IMG/VR virus record: IMGVR_UViG_3300042542_000922
Span: 1-27,002 of that record
Direction: 5' to 3' (one strand)
Length of the DNA: 27,002 bases
From: a virus
Lineage: Duplodnaviria > Caudoviricetes
Below the pieces are notes generated by a model. That model was not told where the DNA came from, searched no databases, and worked only from the letters and a program-made list of their open reading frames with translations. How positions within the stretch are numbered: the stretch's first letter is position 1; every line of letters begins with the position of its first letter. Positions 8,830-18,576 of this stretch are shown piece after piece. A program made the position numbers and the translations under genes.

Positions 8830-9682
8830 TCTTTGTTGCGTAGTTTAACTCATCTTTAAATCTACCTGAATATTGGTATTCTCCAACATGAGTAATAAAT
8901 CTTCCAATATAACAATAACATTTTCCACCAATATCTGTCCATTTTTGACAAAAACCAAAGTCTTCACCATAATATTTTTTAGTTTTTAAATCATGAAAAG
9001 TATCAAAGAAATTGTATATATTTTTACTATTAGTTTCATCTCCATTTAATATAGTTGGTTGATTGATTTCTAATTGTGGATATTTTTCAATCATCTTTTC
9101 AAATACTTCTCTTTTTATTAACATACATCCGGTTGGAGCATGTGTTACTTCCATAACATTATTTGTAACTGTTATATTACTAGTATCCTTTACCTTAATT
9201 GGATATGTAAAACCTAATGTTGCAAGTTCAGTCGCATTCGTTGATTCTTGAGCTAATCTTTTTATCTTATCCCAATTTAAAGTTTTCATAGGATATGGAA
9301 TGGCTATAACTTCTTTATCTAATGCTATCATTTCAAATATACTTTCTGGAGAAAAATTAATATCTGAATCAATAAATAACATATGAGTATATTTATGTTG
9401 TTCATTTAAAAATGCAGCAACACACATATTTCTACCTTGAGTAACTAAAGAAGATTTTAATATTGTAAAGCTAACTATTATACCTCTTAACATACAAATC
9501 TTTTGAAACTCTAATAAAGCTTGTGTGTAATGCATGGATACTTCTGAATGTACTGGTGTACATACCATTATAGAAATATTAGTTTTTAAATCAGTATTAG
9601 TTTTTAACTCAGTATTAGTTTTTAAATCAGTATTAGTTTGTTCTGGTTTATTAAACCATATTGGTTTACTTGCGTCTTGCAT
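8804..9682 (-). CDS. GT-A fold (family 2-like) glycosyltransferase
   Basis: IMVCTP, SLVTQGRN, LFIDSDI (DxD), TGCMLIKREVF, YGEDFGFC and THVG motifs. Confidence 0.8.
   Translation of the reverse strand: MQDASKPIWFNKPEQTNTDLKTNTELKTNTDLKTNISIMVCTPVHSEVSMHYTQALLEFQKICMLRGIIVSFTILKSSLVTQGRNMCVAAFLNEQHKYTHMLFIDSDINFSPESIFEMIALDKEVIAIPYPMKTLNWDKIKRLAQESTNATELATLGFTYPIKVKDTSNITVTNNVMEVTHAPTGCMLIKREVFEKMIEKYPQLEINQPTILNGDETNSKNIYNFFDTFHDLKTKKYYGEDFGFCQKWTDIGGKCYCYIGRFITHVGEYQYSGRFKDELNYATKIDESKEIK
9577..9639. repeat. 18-bp in-frame tandem repeat, 3.5 copies
   Basis: tattagtttttaa(a/c)tcag at 9577, 9595 and 9613 plus a half copy at 9631; encodes TNT(D/E)LK x3. Confidence 0.95.
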
Positions 9683-10598
9683 CCAAAGCTCCTTTTAAAA
9701 AGTTTGTCCAGGCATAACCAATTTTATTCCAGTTATAAAATCTATTTGTGTAATCTATTTGCATATCTAAATGTTGTCTAATTGCTGGATGATCCAAGGT
9801 CCCCGCTGCATGTTCAATTGCATATGCAAACTTGTGCGCTAAACTTGTAAATGATTTCTCGTATGGAACGTATGTTATAAACTCTGCTCCTGTTTCATAT
9901 AAAGCACCATAATCAGTTGTAATACAATATAGTCCAGCTGCCATTGCCTCTAATGCTGATATACAAAATGTTTCTTCCCAGATACTTGGAAAAGCAAAGA
10001 TATGATAGTTATGTAAATTCTCTCTTATATATTCATGAGGCTTGTAACCAATGTAATTTACATTAGGTAATGCTTTAGCCTGATCATATAATTCTTGATA
10101 CTGTGAATCGTTATTTTCTTTAAATGCATCTCCATAAACTTCAGTTGATGAATAAACATCTAAACTAATAAGTGGATTTTTAACAAGTTGCATTGCAGCA
10201 AGTATTACATTTAAACCTCTCCATGGAGTTGGATGAAATATAAGTTTAATAGGATCACCTTTTATATGTCTTGTTCTAGGAACTATTGGCATTACACCAT
10301 TTTTAATAACAATACATTTTTCAGTTGGTATATCAAAATAGTATCTAAATTTTTCATAGTTCCAATGTGAGTTAAATACATACCAGTCATATTTATTATG
10401 ATTAGATTTGTCTTTAAACCATGGCGCTAAATTTGGTTGATCGTATGAATTCTTTTGCCAAAGTATATTTAATTTAGTTGGATGTAATGGAACTTTACCA
10501 GGAACAGATGTACATATTTGTACCTGATCTAATATATCTTTACTTACATGTTTTTCTAAAAACTCAAACTGTAATTCTGTACCACCTCTAGGTTTCAT
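9666..10598 (-). CDS. GT-B fold (family 4 / group 1) glycosyltransferase
   Basis: PRGGTE N-terminus, FNSHW, IKNG, PWRGL and the E-X7-E motif ETFCISALEAMAAG. Confidence 0.85.
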   Translation of the reverse strand: MKPRGGTELQFEFLEKHVSKDILDQVQICTSVPGKVPLHPTKLNILWQKNSYDQPNLAPWFKDKSNHNKYDWYVFNSHWNYEKFRYYFDIPTEKCIVIKNGVMPIVPRTRHIKGDPIKLIFHPTPWRGLNVILAAMQLVKNPLISLDVYSSTEVYGDAFKENNDSQYQELYDQAKALPNVNYIGYKPHEYIRENLHNYHIFAFPSIWEETFCISALEAMAAGLYCITTDYGALYETGAEFITYVPYEKSFTSLAHKFAYAIEHAAGTLDHPAIRQHLDMQIDYTNRFYNWNKIGYAWTNFLKGALDARRK

Positions 10599-10789
10599 TT
10601 TTCGCTCATAAATTTCTTAAATACTTCTAATCCTTTATTAGTAACTTTAACTACAACGTCTCTACTAATATCTTGTGTGTCAACGTTAGCAGCTTTAAGT
10701 TCTTCTTCGTCTTTATAAACCTTACCGGTTTTCTTATTCTTTATTACTGTTACTGTTTCAGTTTCAATAATATATTCTTTATTGTCCAT
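10595..10789 (-). CDS. Small hypothetical phage protein
   Basis: 64 aa; fills the gap between neighbours with overlaps at both ends; IKNKKTGKVY motif. Confidence 0.7.
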   Translation of the reverse strand: MDNKEYIIETETVTVIKNKKTGKVYKDEEELKAANVDTQDISRDVVVKVTNKGLEVFKKFMSEK

Positions 10790-11120
10790 TCTGGTCGTCT
10801 CTATTTATTTCTAGTATTGCTACAGTTGCACTTATACCAGAAACATTAGAAGTTTCAAGTCTTATGGTATCTGTCTCTTCAAGAACAATAGGTCCTTTTG
10901 CTAAATTACAAATAGTGGGTCCAGTAATAGAAGCATAAGCTATTTGAAAAACTGTAGATACTGAATCATCATTAATAGATACTTTTAATATCTTACTTCC
11001 TGATTCATTAGTCACTTGTATATTTTGAATGATAGCATTAGCATTTGATGGGCATGTGTATACTGTCACAGCAGCTGTTGTGCTTGGATCATAGAATGCG
11101 TTTTTATAAAAATTTGCCAT
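10779..11120 (-). CDS. Small beta-rich virion structural protein
   Basis: 113 aa; YTCP...IQVTN...LEETD pattern; TAATG coupling; tail-module context. Confidence 0.6.
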   Translation of the reverse strand: MANFYKNAFYDPSTTAAVTVYTCPSNANAIIQNIQVTNESGSKILKVSINDDSVSTVFQIAYASITGPTICNLAKGPIVLEETDTIRLETSNVSGISATVAILEINRDDQNGQ

Positions 11121-12349
11121 TATGTTAAATCATACCATTCTAGCGTAAAAGCTAAATCATCATTATTAGAAGTAGCTTTTGCTGCTAAAGTTATTACTTC
11201 AGATGTTCCACCAATTGTTTGACCTATTTGATAATCAAATGGAATACCATCTCCAAATGTTGCAACAGGAGAATCTTTTCCAGAAATGAAATTACTTGAA
11301 AGCTGTGTTCCAGTTGCTGATAATTCTCTAACTGTTAAATCATACTCTACATTATCACTAAAACTTGTATAACTAAAAGATCCACTTGCAAGTGTGACAC
11401 CTCTAAATAAACCTATTTGAAAGTCTGTTGTTTCTAAACCTGCTACAGTATATCCAGCTGGAATAATAACTGCATAAGGTCTTCCTGATTTTATTCTTAT
11501 AGTTCCTATAGAATAAAAAGTATCCGCAGTTGGTAATCTTGAGCCTGCAATAGCAGTGGTTCCAACCATTTGCTTAACACCCGATGGAGAATAACCACCT
11601 TCAGAAATACAAGAAGAACAGATTTGTTGTAATGTATAAGTACCAGAAGATAAAGCAGCAGCTGCTTCTATTTCATAACGAATTGGAAGATTAGCTGTTT
11701 GCATATAAACAGTTGTTAAACTATTTGCATTATAAAAAGTATGAGCTGTAATTAATTGACCATTGATAACAAATCCAACTCTAACTGAACCTACCCCTAA
11801 CCATTCAACATCTATGAATAATATATTTGATTTTGTTACATCTAATGTAAATCCACTATTTCCTGTTCCATCTAATTTATCACCGTTCCAACTAGATTGA
11901 GATATTTCAGTATCAACTGCTGCACCTGATGTATAAGTACGTCTTACTATTTTTAAAGTTGTTCCATCAGCATAAAAAAATATTCCATTATTAGCATCAA
12001 ATAAACCTACCTTTTGTTTAAGATTAGCTGTTAAAGTGTTCATTACAAATGTGTTAAAAATAAGTAATGATTTGCCTGGTTGATAAGACATCACTCTTTT
12101 AGATTGTCTTATCGTTTTATCTCCACTAGCTTGTGTTACGTTTAAATTAACTGTTGATTTATTAGCTGTATAAGTAGCTGTTCCACCACCAGTTAAAGAT
12201 TCATCAAATAAATTATTCTTTGACATAATGTTTTTACTGTCAAAGATTGTCAGAGGGTTTGATACTCTTAATCTTCCGAACGCATCGACGTTATTACCAC
12301 CAATTGTAATTAACTGACCATTACCAACATTTATATTTTCACAACTCAT
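11120..12349 (-). CDS. Beta-rich virion structural / putative receptor-binding protein
   Basis: 409 aa; DAFGRLRVS, YQPGKS, WNGDKLDG, EWLGVGSVRVGF and NLPIRYE motifs recalled from aquatic phage virion proteins; Ser/Thr/Gly-rich. Confidence 0.6.
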   Translation of the reverse strand: MSCENINVGNGQLITIGGNNVDAFGRLRVSNPLTIFDSKNIMSKNNLFDESLTGGGTATYTANKSTVNLNVTQASGDKTIRQSKRVMSYQPGKSLLIFNTFVMNTLTANLKQKVGLFDANNGIFFYADGTTLKIVRRTYTSGAAVDTEISQSSWNGDKLDGTGNSGFTLDVTKSNILFIDVEWLGVGSVRVGFVINGQLITAHTFYNANSLTTVYMQTANLPIRYEIEAAAALSSGTYTLQQICSSCISEGGYSPSGVKQMVGTTAIAGSRLPTADTFYSIGTIRIKSGRPYAVIIPAGYTVAGLETTDFQIGLFRGVTLASGSFSYTSFSDNVEYDLTVRELSATGTQLSSNFISGKDSPVATFGDGIPFDYQIGQTIGGTSEVITLAAKATSNNDDLAFTLEWYDLT

Positions 12350-12525
12350 TAGCAGCCAAACCTCATGTTAAACCAAGTAAATCTTTGAAGATCTTGTTTT
12401 AAATCTTCTTGAAAAGAAAAGTTTAATTGATCTTTTAATGTCTCCAATGATTGTAGAACCTGTCTTTGATTATCAGGTGAATACTCCTGACTTGGTTCTG
12501 GTACGTTTACTGTAATCTTTGCCAT
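12349..12525 (-). CDS. 58-aa tail-associated protein missed by the ORF track
   Basis: MAKITVNVPEPSQEYSPDNQRQVLQSLETLKDQLNFSFQEDLKQDLQRFTWFNMRFGC*; fills the gap exactly with TAATG overlaps at both ends. Confidence 0.85.
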   Translation of the reverse strand: MAKITVNVPEPSQEYSPDNQRQVLQSLETLKDQLNFSFQEDLKQDLQRFTWFNMRFGC

Positions 12526-14450
12526 TATCTTCTTCCGTCAGGTTGAATGTCTACTCTAAATAATCCATATCTCCAGTTTTCATCTGTAGATTCATTTTCA
12601 ACTTTAATACTCATTAATCTATTTCTTGCTCTAGTATCTATCTTAGTTGTAGATGAATTTACAGTGTATGGTCCAAGCATCTGACTATTTTGTGTTTGAG
12701 ATGGATAATCTCTTAACAATAGTGTTACCTTAGCATTTCCGTCTAGTATTTTAAAGTCTGGTATAAATCTATTTATCTTCATTAGATACTGACCATCTCC
12801 TTCTATATCTAAATCAAAGTCTCCAGATTCAATGTAAGCAGGGATAGCTGTTTTAACTCCAAGTGCATCTACATCATTAACACCAACTTCATGTTCATAA
12901 TATTCTGAAGATCCATAGGTATTAGTTACACCATTAATAGTTGGAAATGTTGGAGTCCCCGTTGCCAAGTATTTAGTTGCATATGGTTTATCAAATGTTT
13001 GAGCATCTGAATATGTTGTTCTAGCAAGTGACATTGTAGTCCAAGTATTTTCAACAAAGTTATAAACTACTGATCTATTAATTTGAGTCTGAGTTGCAGT
13101 TGGGTAAAACCAAACTATTTCATTGTATAAACTATTATGTGAACCATAAATAATATCAGCTGCATTATAATTTATACCTAAATTATCTCCACCCGTTGTA
13201 AATACATAATCTTCAACTAATGAAGGTAATTGTTTAACTGTACCATCATAGACAAAGAATCCTCCACCAAACCCCATCCAGAATATCGCGCCTTGTGCAA
13301 AGACAATTGAATGCTGACCAATACATCCACAGTTTGTACCAACCTGTCTTATTGAAAAGACAAAAGGAGGTCCAACGAACTGCATAACATAAGCTGCTTG
13401 ATCTGTTAAAATAAATATATAATCCTTACCTTGTACAGCTCCTACAATGAAATTTCCTGTATCTAATCTAAATGTACCTGCTGTATTTGTTGCAGTAGGT
13501 GCCCAAGTATTATAATCTTCTTGGTTTGAAAATCTTATAAACATTGGATCTTGTGTTGTTATATCTCCAATTGTTGTTTCTGTTCCAAGTGCAATTAAAT
13601 GTCTATCTCTATCTGATACTATACTCATAACAGAAGCTGTCGGAGCTCCAGCTATAACCGTTGCTCTAACTGTTAATGGATTTGATCCTGCTGGATTCCA
13701 AGAATATGTTTTACCATTTTTAATTGTTGCAATTAATATTTGTCCAAAATTATCAAATGACCAGTTACCTGGTGAAAGTACTACAGTAGCTGAACTACTT
13801 GCTTCACCCCAATCAACTCCACCACTAAAAGATCCCCATGTTGCAGTTCCCCAACCATAACCATAAGTTTGAGCAATAGGTCCAATGTTAGCATATGGAG
13901 CAAAAGATAAAGATCCAGCTGTTGTAACACCTGTTCCAGTTTCAGCTGTAGGCATTGTAATTGTAAATGTACCCGTTGTTGGAACTGTTTTTACTTCAAA
14001 AATATCAGTTGTAAAACTTGATGCTGTATAACTTGTTGTTGTTGGTCCTGGTGTTGTTGCTGCTGTAAATTTAATATAATCACCTACTTCAATTCCATGC
14101 GCTGCTTTAGTTATTGTAACTGTTGTAGATGATGTTGTTGATGTGTAAGTTGCTCCAGTTAAAGTTGTATCAAGTGGTGTAATATCGTAAAAAGAACCAC
14201 TGAAATAAATAACTAATAATTTATTTGTTCCAATAGCTGCATATTTATTACCATTTAAATCTGTCCAAGTATGCTGTGCTCTTGCAACTCCAGCTAATTC
14301 TTTATTTAAAATCTCTCTCCAGCCACCTATTTTTTCAGGATATCCATATCTAAATCTAACAAAATCACCATCAATCCACTGACCTTCTGCAGCAGTTGCG
14401 GTATCTTGTTTATTAAATCCGGCTTTTAATGGTATCTTTTTTAATGGCAT
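12525..14450 (-). CDS. Tail hub / DNA stabilisation protein (P22 gp10-like nozzle)
   Basis: 641 aa, beta-rich; WIDGDFVRFRYGYPEKIGGW start, IRFSNQED, NCGCIG, EIVWFYP and a WRYG..R.D..PDGRR end; position in the tail module. Confidence 0.7.
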   Translation of the reverse strand: MPLKKIPLKAGFNKQDTATAAEGQWIDGDFVRFRYGYPEKIGGWREILNKELAGVARAQHTWTDLNGNKYAAIGTNKLLVIYFSGSFYDITPLDTTLTGATYTSTTSSTTVTITKAAHGIEVGDYIKFTAATTPGPTTTSYTASSFTTDIFEVKTVPTTGTFTITMPTAETGTGVTTAGSLSFAPYANIGPIAQTYGYGWGTATWGSFSGGVDWGEASSSATVVLSPGNWSFDNFGQILIATIKNGKTYSWNPAGSNPLTVRATVIAGAPTASVMSIVSDRDRHLIALGTETTIGDITTQDPMFIRFSNQEDYNTWAPTATNTAGTFRLDTGNFIVGAVQGKDYIFILTDQAAYVMQFVGPPFVFSIRQVGTNCGCIGQHSIVFAQGAIFWMGFGGGFFVYDGTVKQLPSLVEDYVFTTGGDNLGINYNAADIIYGSHNSLYNEIVWFYPTATQTQINRSVVYNFVENTWTTMSLARTTYSDAQTFDKPYATKYLATGTPTFPTINGVTNTYGSSEYYEHEVGVNDVDALGVKTAIPAYIESGDFDLDIEGDGQYLMKINRFIPDFKILDGNAKVTLLLRDYPSQTQNSQMLGPYTVNSSTTKIDTRARNRLMSIKVENESTDENWRYGLFRVDIQPDGRR

Positions 14451-14487
14451 AAAGCATTTCTATACCACCAAATATGATTATTTACAC
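14451..14487 (-). promoter_or_regulatory. Putative extended -10, SD-less promoter
   Basis: TGg-TATAGA (hexamer 14464-14459) ending 8 nt before ATG; GTGTAA 17 nt upstream; no clear SD. Confidence 0.4.
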
Positions 14488-15075
14488 TATTTTAGTGAAT
14501 GGTGGTAATCCTAACAGAGGTCTTTTATCATATAAATTGGAATCTGCAAACTGTCCATTTACATGATTATAATGCAAGAAAACTTGTGCACAAACATTGC
14601 CTTGAAATTCTTCTCTCCAATGTTCTAATTCACATCCTGAATAAACTAACATATCACCTGGTTCTAAATCCACTTTAATACCTTCTAAATAGATGGCCCA
14701 AGGATCTCCTCCAAGGTTTAATGTTGTAGATATTTCACAAGATGGTCTATCTTTATGTTTAGCTAATACAGATCCTTTTTCATAGATTCTTGCATAAGAA
14801 TAAGTTGGAATTAAATTAAGTCCTGTCTCTTTCATCATAATAGGCATGACTTTCATTAGTAATGTTTCCATTACAAAATCTGCATAATGAGAATATACAT
14901 TTGGAACCTGTTGATCTTTCCAAGTACCAAATAATGAATTTTCAGCTACTAGATTATTTGAATACATAAAGTGAACAGCATCTCGTTTAAGTAAAAAATA
15001 ATTATATATAAAATTAGCAAGATCATAAGATACTGCTTTTTTAATCACTTGATATTTGTTCTGGGCGAAACTCAT
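14482..15075 (-). CDS. 2OG-Fe(II) dioxygenase-like protein
   Basis: YSYARIY..G..L.KHKDRPSCEIS (HxD) and GDMLVYSGCELEHWRE (distal His). Confidence 0.8.
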   Translation of the reverse strand: MSFAQNKYQVIKKAVSYDLANFIYNYFLLKRDAVHFMYSNNLVAENSLFGTWKDQQVPNVYSHYADFVMETLLMKVMPIMMKETGLNLIPTYSYARIYEKGSVLAKHKDRPSCEISTTLNLGGDPWAIYLEGIKVDLEPGDMLVYSGCELEHWREEFQGNVCAQVFLHYNHVNGQFADSNLYDKRPLLGLPPFTKIV

Positions 15076-15485
15076 AGATTATTCTCCTTTAATAGATTAT
15101 TTACTTCATTTATATTCTGACCATAAACTTTTAACATATCTTCATCATAAATAAAGTCTGGTTTTTCAAAAGGATGATGTTTTAAAGTAAGAACATTAAC
15201 AACTTGCATGAATTTTGCCTCGCGCGCATCCGATGGTTTATAACATAAAGTTGCATCATACTGCTTACGCTGTAATTCTAAATATCTATTGGTTCCCGTT
15301 TGAATTACATTTTCATTAAATGGATGTAAAACAATTGGGCATAATAATCCTAATTCTTCCATTTGATCTTTTACTCTTTTGACAGATCTTTCTATGGGTT
15401 TGTGAGTTAAACTTAAATCTTTGAGTTGTTTCATTATAAGTCTATTTTTAAATAGTTGGTATTTTGGATAAGCAATCTTATCCAT
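15072..15485 (-). CDS. ParB/sulfiredoxin-like N-terminal domain protein
   Basis: VKDQMEELGLLCPIVL...VIQTGTNRY resembles the ParB/Srx G-L-L-x-P-I-V...G-x-x-R pattern; coupled to both neighbours. Confidence 0.5.
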   Translation of the reverse strand: MDKIAYPKYQLFKNRLIMKQLKDLSLTHKPIERSVKRVKDQMEELGLLCPIVLHPFNENVIQTGTNRYLELQRKQYDATLCYKPSDAREAKFMQVVNVLTLKHHPFEKPDFIYDEDMLKVYGQNINEVNNLLKENNL

Positions 15486-16075
15486 TACACAAACATTCCC
15501 TTTTGTAGAAAGTTAAAAGAAACTGATATTCTAATATCATTAGATTGATTAGTATCTACACAATGATTTAACCATGAAGGAAACATAATAAGTCGTCCTG
15601 CAATTGGTTCAAAGTGAACTTCGTTCCATAAATGTTTAGGAAGTTGTCCTTGTTTGCGTCTAGGTCTTGATATGTTGATAGAAGGTTTTGGATCTTCTAC
15701 TTTTAAATGTCCACTATTAATAGGAGCTTTAACATAGTACACTCCAGACCATAATGAATTAGGATGAGTATGTGCTCTATTATATCCACCTGGAGGATTG
15801 ATATTGGCCCACATGTTTCCAAGAAAAGGTTCATTATCTAATGATTCATCTTTATAAATAAATTGCTGTGCTTGATATAATATATCTACTAACATTTTAT
15901 ATTCTGGTTTTTCATGCATATCTGTTGGAGAATGCCAACCATTTACATTAGTTTTTTGAACTCCTTTATCTTGTCTAGACCAATTAATAATATTTTGTTC
16001 TAATTGTGCATTAAATTCAGGAGTGCCCACATCTTTAACGTAGATGGGTGTTGCAAAGTATAATTCTCTGTTCAT
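15485..16075 (-). CDS. Putative 2OG-Fe(II) oxygenase (TIGR02466-like)
   Basis: WANINPPGGYNRAHTHPNSLWSGVYYV (HxH), FPSWLNHCV and RISVSFN. Confidence 0.85.
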   Translation of the reverse strand: MNRELYFATPIYVKDVGTPEFNAQLEQNIINWSRQDKGVQKTNVNGWHSPTDMHEKPEYKMLVDILYQAQQFIYKDESLDNEPFLGNMWANINPPGGYNRAHTHPNSLWSGVYYVKAPINSGHLKVEDPKPSINISRPRRKQGQLPKHLWNEVHFEPIAGRLIMFPSWLNHCVDTNQSNDIRISVSFNFLQKGMFV

Positions 16076-16662
16076 AAAGTTCTTCCTTTTTTATATCCTT
16101 TGGGAGGTTTTTTATTATTTTTCAATCTTAAATTATCTTTTCCATTAGTATACCAATTATATTGACTATTTATTAAAGATATTTTTTTACAATAATTTTT
16201 ATAGTCTTTTTTAGATTTACGTAATTTCCAATTTTTTTTAACACCTTTACTTATTCTTTCTTTTGTTTGTTTAGTTTCTGGTATTCCTTTGTGACCCAAC
16301 GCTGTTAATTTTAAATATCTATTATATGCTTTTTTAGTTAACCAATTTTTTGTTTTTATCAAACCTTTTCCATTAGATTTATTTAAAAATATATCCCTAT
16401 TAACAGCGTTTAATCTATTAAGAACTTTATATTCCCATTGTTGACATTTAAAAACATTATTAAAAATTCTTCTTACTTTATAATCAAATGAATTTTTACC
16501 ATATTTTTTTATGTAATATTTTATATCTTTAGAAGAGGTAAAATATTTTTTCCATAAATCATTTGGGTGACATCCTTTTGCATATCTACTGCCATAATAA
16601 ACTTTCCCAGTTTTTTTATGACGAATTATATATGTATAAGGTAATCTATCTGTTACTTGCAT
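16072..16662 (-). mobile_element. Free-standing GIY-YIG (Seg-like) homing endonuclease gene
   Basis: YTY-x10-YYG, YFTSS, conserved E (QWEY) and N (FLNKSNG); NUMOD3-like ETKQTKERISKG; C-terminal WYTNG...PKGYKKGR; very Lys-rich and more AT-rich than its neighbours. Confidence 0.75.
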
Positions 16663-16666
16663 AATT

Positions 16667-17245
16667 TTATCTAAATGAAGGACCTCCAGCCCATAATACT
16701 AAAGATCTTCTAATACCTTTAGTAATTGGAACAACTCTATGCCTAATAAAAGATGCAAAGAAAATAGCATGTCCTTGTTTAGGTCTTGCAATTTTACCAT
16801 CAGACATTAATTCAAGTCCACCACCTTCAAATTCAGATTCATGTGATAATAAACATGTCATAGATATTTTACGAACGGGTGGTTCTTTTGCACCATTAAC
16901 ATCTGAATCCATATGCCAGTCATAAAATCCACCTGCTGGATACTCTGTATATTGTGCTTGTTCGGTAATTTGAATTCCATCAAAACCAAAATGATTAGCA
17001 TTGGTTCTTCTTATTTGATTATCAATAATTTTATACATTTCAGGAACTTTATCAAATGGGATCCAACTGATATGTGAAGTTCTAACTTTTGTATCTATAG
17101 TTCCTCCTTCTTTTGAACCAACTTCTCCTAATTGTTGTGGTTCAGATTTCCCTGCATTTATAATCATTTGACATTGTTCTGGTGTAAACAATGGAGTTGT
17201 CGTCTCAACTATTAAACTTTTCCAACGTGGCTCTGTTATTATCAT
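16667..17245 (-). CDS. 2OG-Fe(II) oxygenase, prolyl-4-hydroxylase / PKHD-like
   Basis: QYTEY..GGFYDWHMD (HxD), RKISMT, FEGGGL and HRVVPITKGIRRSLVLW. Confidence 0.85.
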   Translation of the reverse strand: MIITEPRWKSLIVETTTPLFTPEQCQMIINAGKSEPQQLGEVGSKEGGTIDTKVRTSHISWIPFDKVPEMYKIIDNQIRRTNANHFGFDGIQITEQAQYTEYPAGGFYDWHMDSDVNGAKEPPVRKISMTCLLSHESEFEGGGLELMSDGKIARPKQGHAIFFASFIRHRVVPITKGIRRSLVLWAGGPSFR

Positions 17246-17892
17246 TATGCTCCTCTATTTATAATTGGGTTAAAAAGTACATCGCAGTTTGCTGCTAATG
17301 TTCGTCTAGTGTCTTGAGTTCCATTAAATGGATACACACAATGTCTCATATCATATGGAAATATATAAAAGTCTCTTAACTTCATAGGGGGTTGATAATC
17401 TACTTTTGCAAATTGACCAGAGGATGCTCCTAATATTTGTAATCTTCCATTTTGTGGAGTTTCAGATGCTGAATATTCAACTCCATAAGTATTGGGTAAT
17501 TTTAAAACCATAACGGAAGATAAACCTGTAAATATATTTCCTTGATGAATGTGAACTGGATTATATTCATTAGCTTTCATTTCGTTAATCCATATTGAAT
17601 TAATGTGTGTTTTATAATCTATTATTTTATTAAAATCTAAATAATGATGAAAAGCAGTTCTAAACCAATCTAATACATTTTTTGGAAAAAAATTATGTCT
17701 TTTCATTTTAGATTCATCATCTCCATCATAAAATAAAGAATGTTCATCTTTTATTTTACCAATAAGTTGACGGTTTGCAGGATTTAATTGATTAAACTTT
17801 TCTTCGTAAATTTGATTAATTCCTGTAAAAATATCTAAAGGAACTTCATATCGTAGGATAGATTGTCCTAAAAATATAAAATTAAAATTCAT
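17245..17892 (-). CDS. Putative 2OG-Fe(II) oxygenase
   Basis: WINEMKANEYNPVHIH (HxH), LSSVMVL, FPYDMRHCVYPF and RRTLAAN. Confidence 0.8.
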   Translation of the reverse strand: MNFNFIFLGQSILRYEVPLDIFTGINQIYEEKFNQLNPANRQLIGKIKDEHSLFYDGDDESKMKRHNFFPKNVLDWFRTAFHHYLDFNKIIDYKTHINSIWINEMKANEYNPVHIHQGNIFTGLSSVMVLKLPNTYGVEYSASETPQNGRLQILGASSGQFAKVDYQPPMKLRDFYIFPYDMRHCVYPFNGTQDTRRTLAANCDVLFNPIINRGA

Positions 17893-17901
17893 TATCTTTC
17901 T

Positions 17902-18576
17902 CTATTTAGTCTCTTTTCCGTATTGTATTTGTTCTTTATTGTCGTATTTTAATTCACCTGATTGTTTTACTCTTTCAATAGTTTGTAATTGACCCATAGC
18001 ATTAAACACTTCTGGTTGAGAAGAACCTGGTGTTAATGATTTAACTTTGTTTAAATATACTTGATGATAAGACTCTAATTGATGTTGATTAACATCTTTT
18101 GTATTAAAGCTACCATCATCAAATTCTAATTTTAATTTAGACCACATATTAATTTCTCTCATTCTATCTTTTGCAACTAATTCCATATTAGCTTTTGAAT
18201 AGATCTTTTCATCTAAATCTATTTTATAACATTCTAGTTTATATTCATCTGTTTCAGTTTCTAACTTTTTAGTAAGCCATTTAATTTTTGCATCATTACG
18301 TCTATATTCAAAAGATAATGACATTAAATTTTCAAGAAATACATTTTGTTCTCTAATACATTGCCAATACTTTGCAGCTTTACTTGGATGTTTATTATCT
18401 TGTAATACGGATACTCTAGCTTCTGTCTCTGTTCTAAATATTTGTTTTTTAGTCCAAGTATCACGAAGTTCATCAACAAGACCTTTAAATGTTTTAAGAT
18501 CTGTTGGTTCAAGAAGATTATTAAGATGTGTTTCTTCTTGTTGTATAAGCGACTTTATATCTCTCTTCTCTGTCAT
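17902..18576 (-). CDS. Helical/coiled-coil hypothetical protein (possible tail-tip chaperone)
   Basis: 224 aa, charged and helical (FRTETEAR, KYWQCIREQ, AKDRMREI); lies between the propeller genes and the oxygenases; function is inference. Confidence 0.6.
   Translation of the reverse strand: MTEKRDIKSLIQQEETHLNNLLEPTDLKTFKGLVDELRDTWTKKQIFRTETEARVSVLQDNKHPSKAAKYWQCIREQNVFLENLMSLSFEYRRNDAKIKWLTKKLETETDEYKLECYKIDLDEKIYSKANMELVAKDRMREINMWSKLKLEFDDGSFNTKDVNQHQLESYHQVYLNKVKSLTPGSSQPEVFNAMGQLQTIERVKQSGELKYDNKEQIQYGKETK

Noticed and set aside
16072-16666. Group I intron around the GIY-YIG gene
   Set aside because: Both flanking oxygenases are complete, and there is no non-coding flanking sequence for a ribozyme core.
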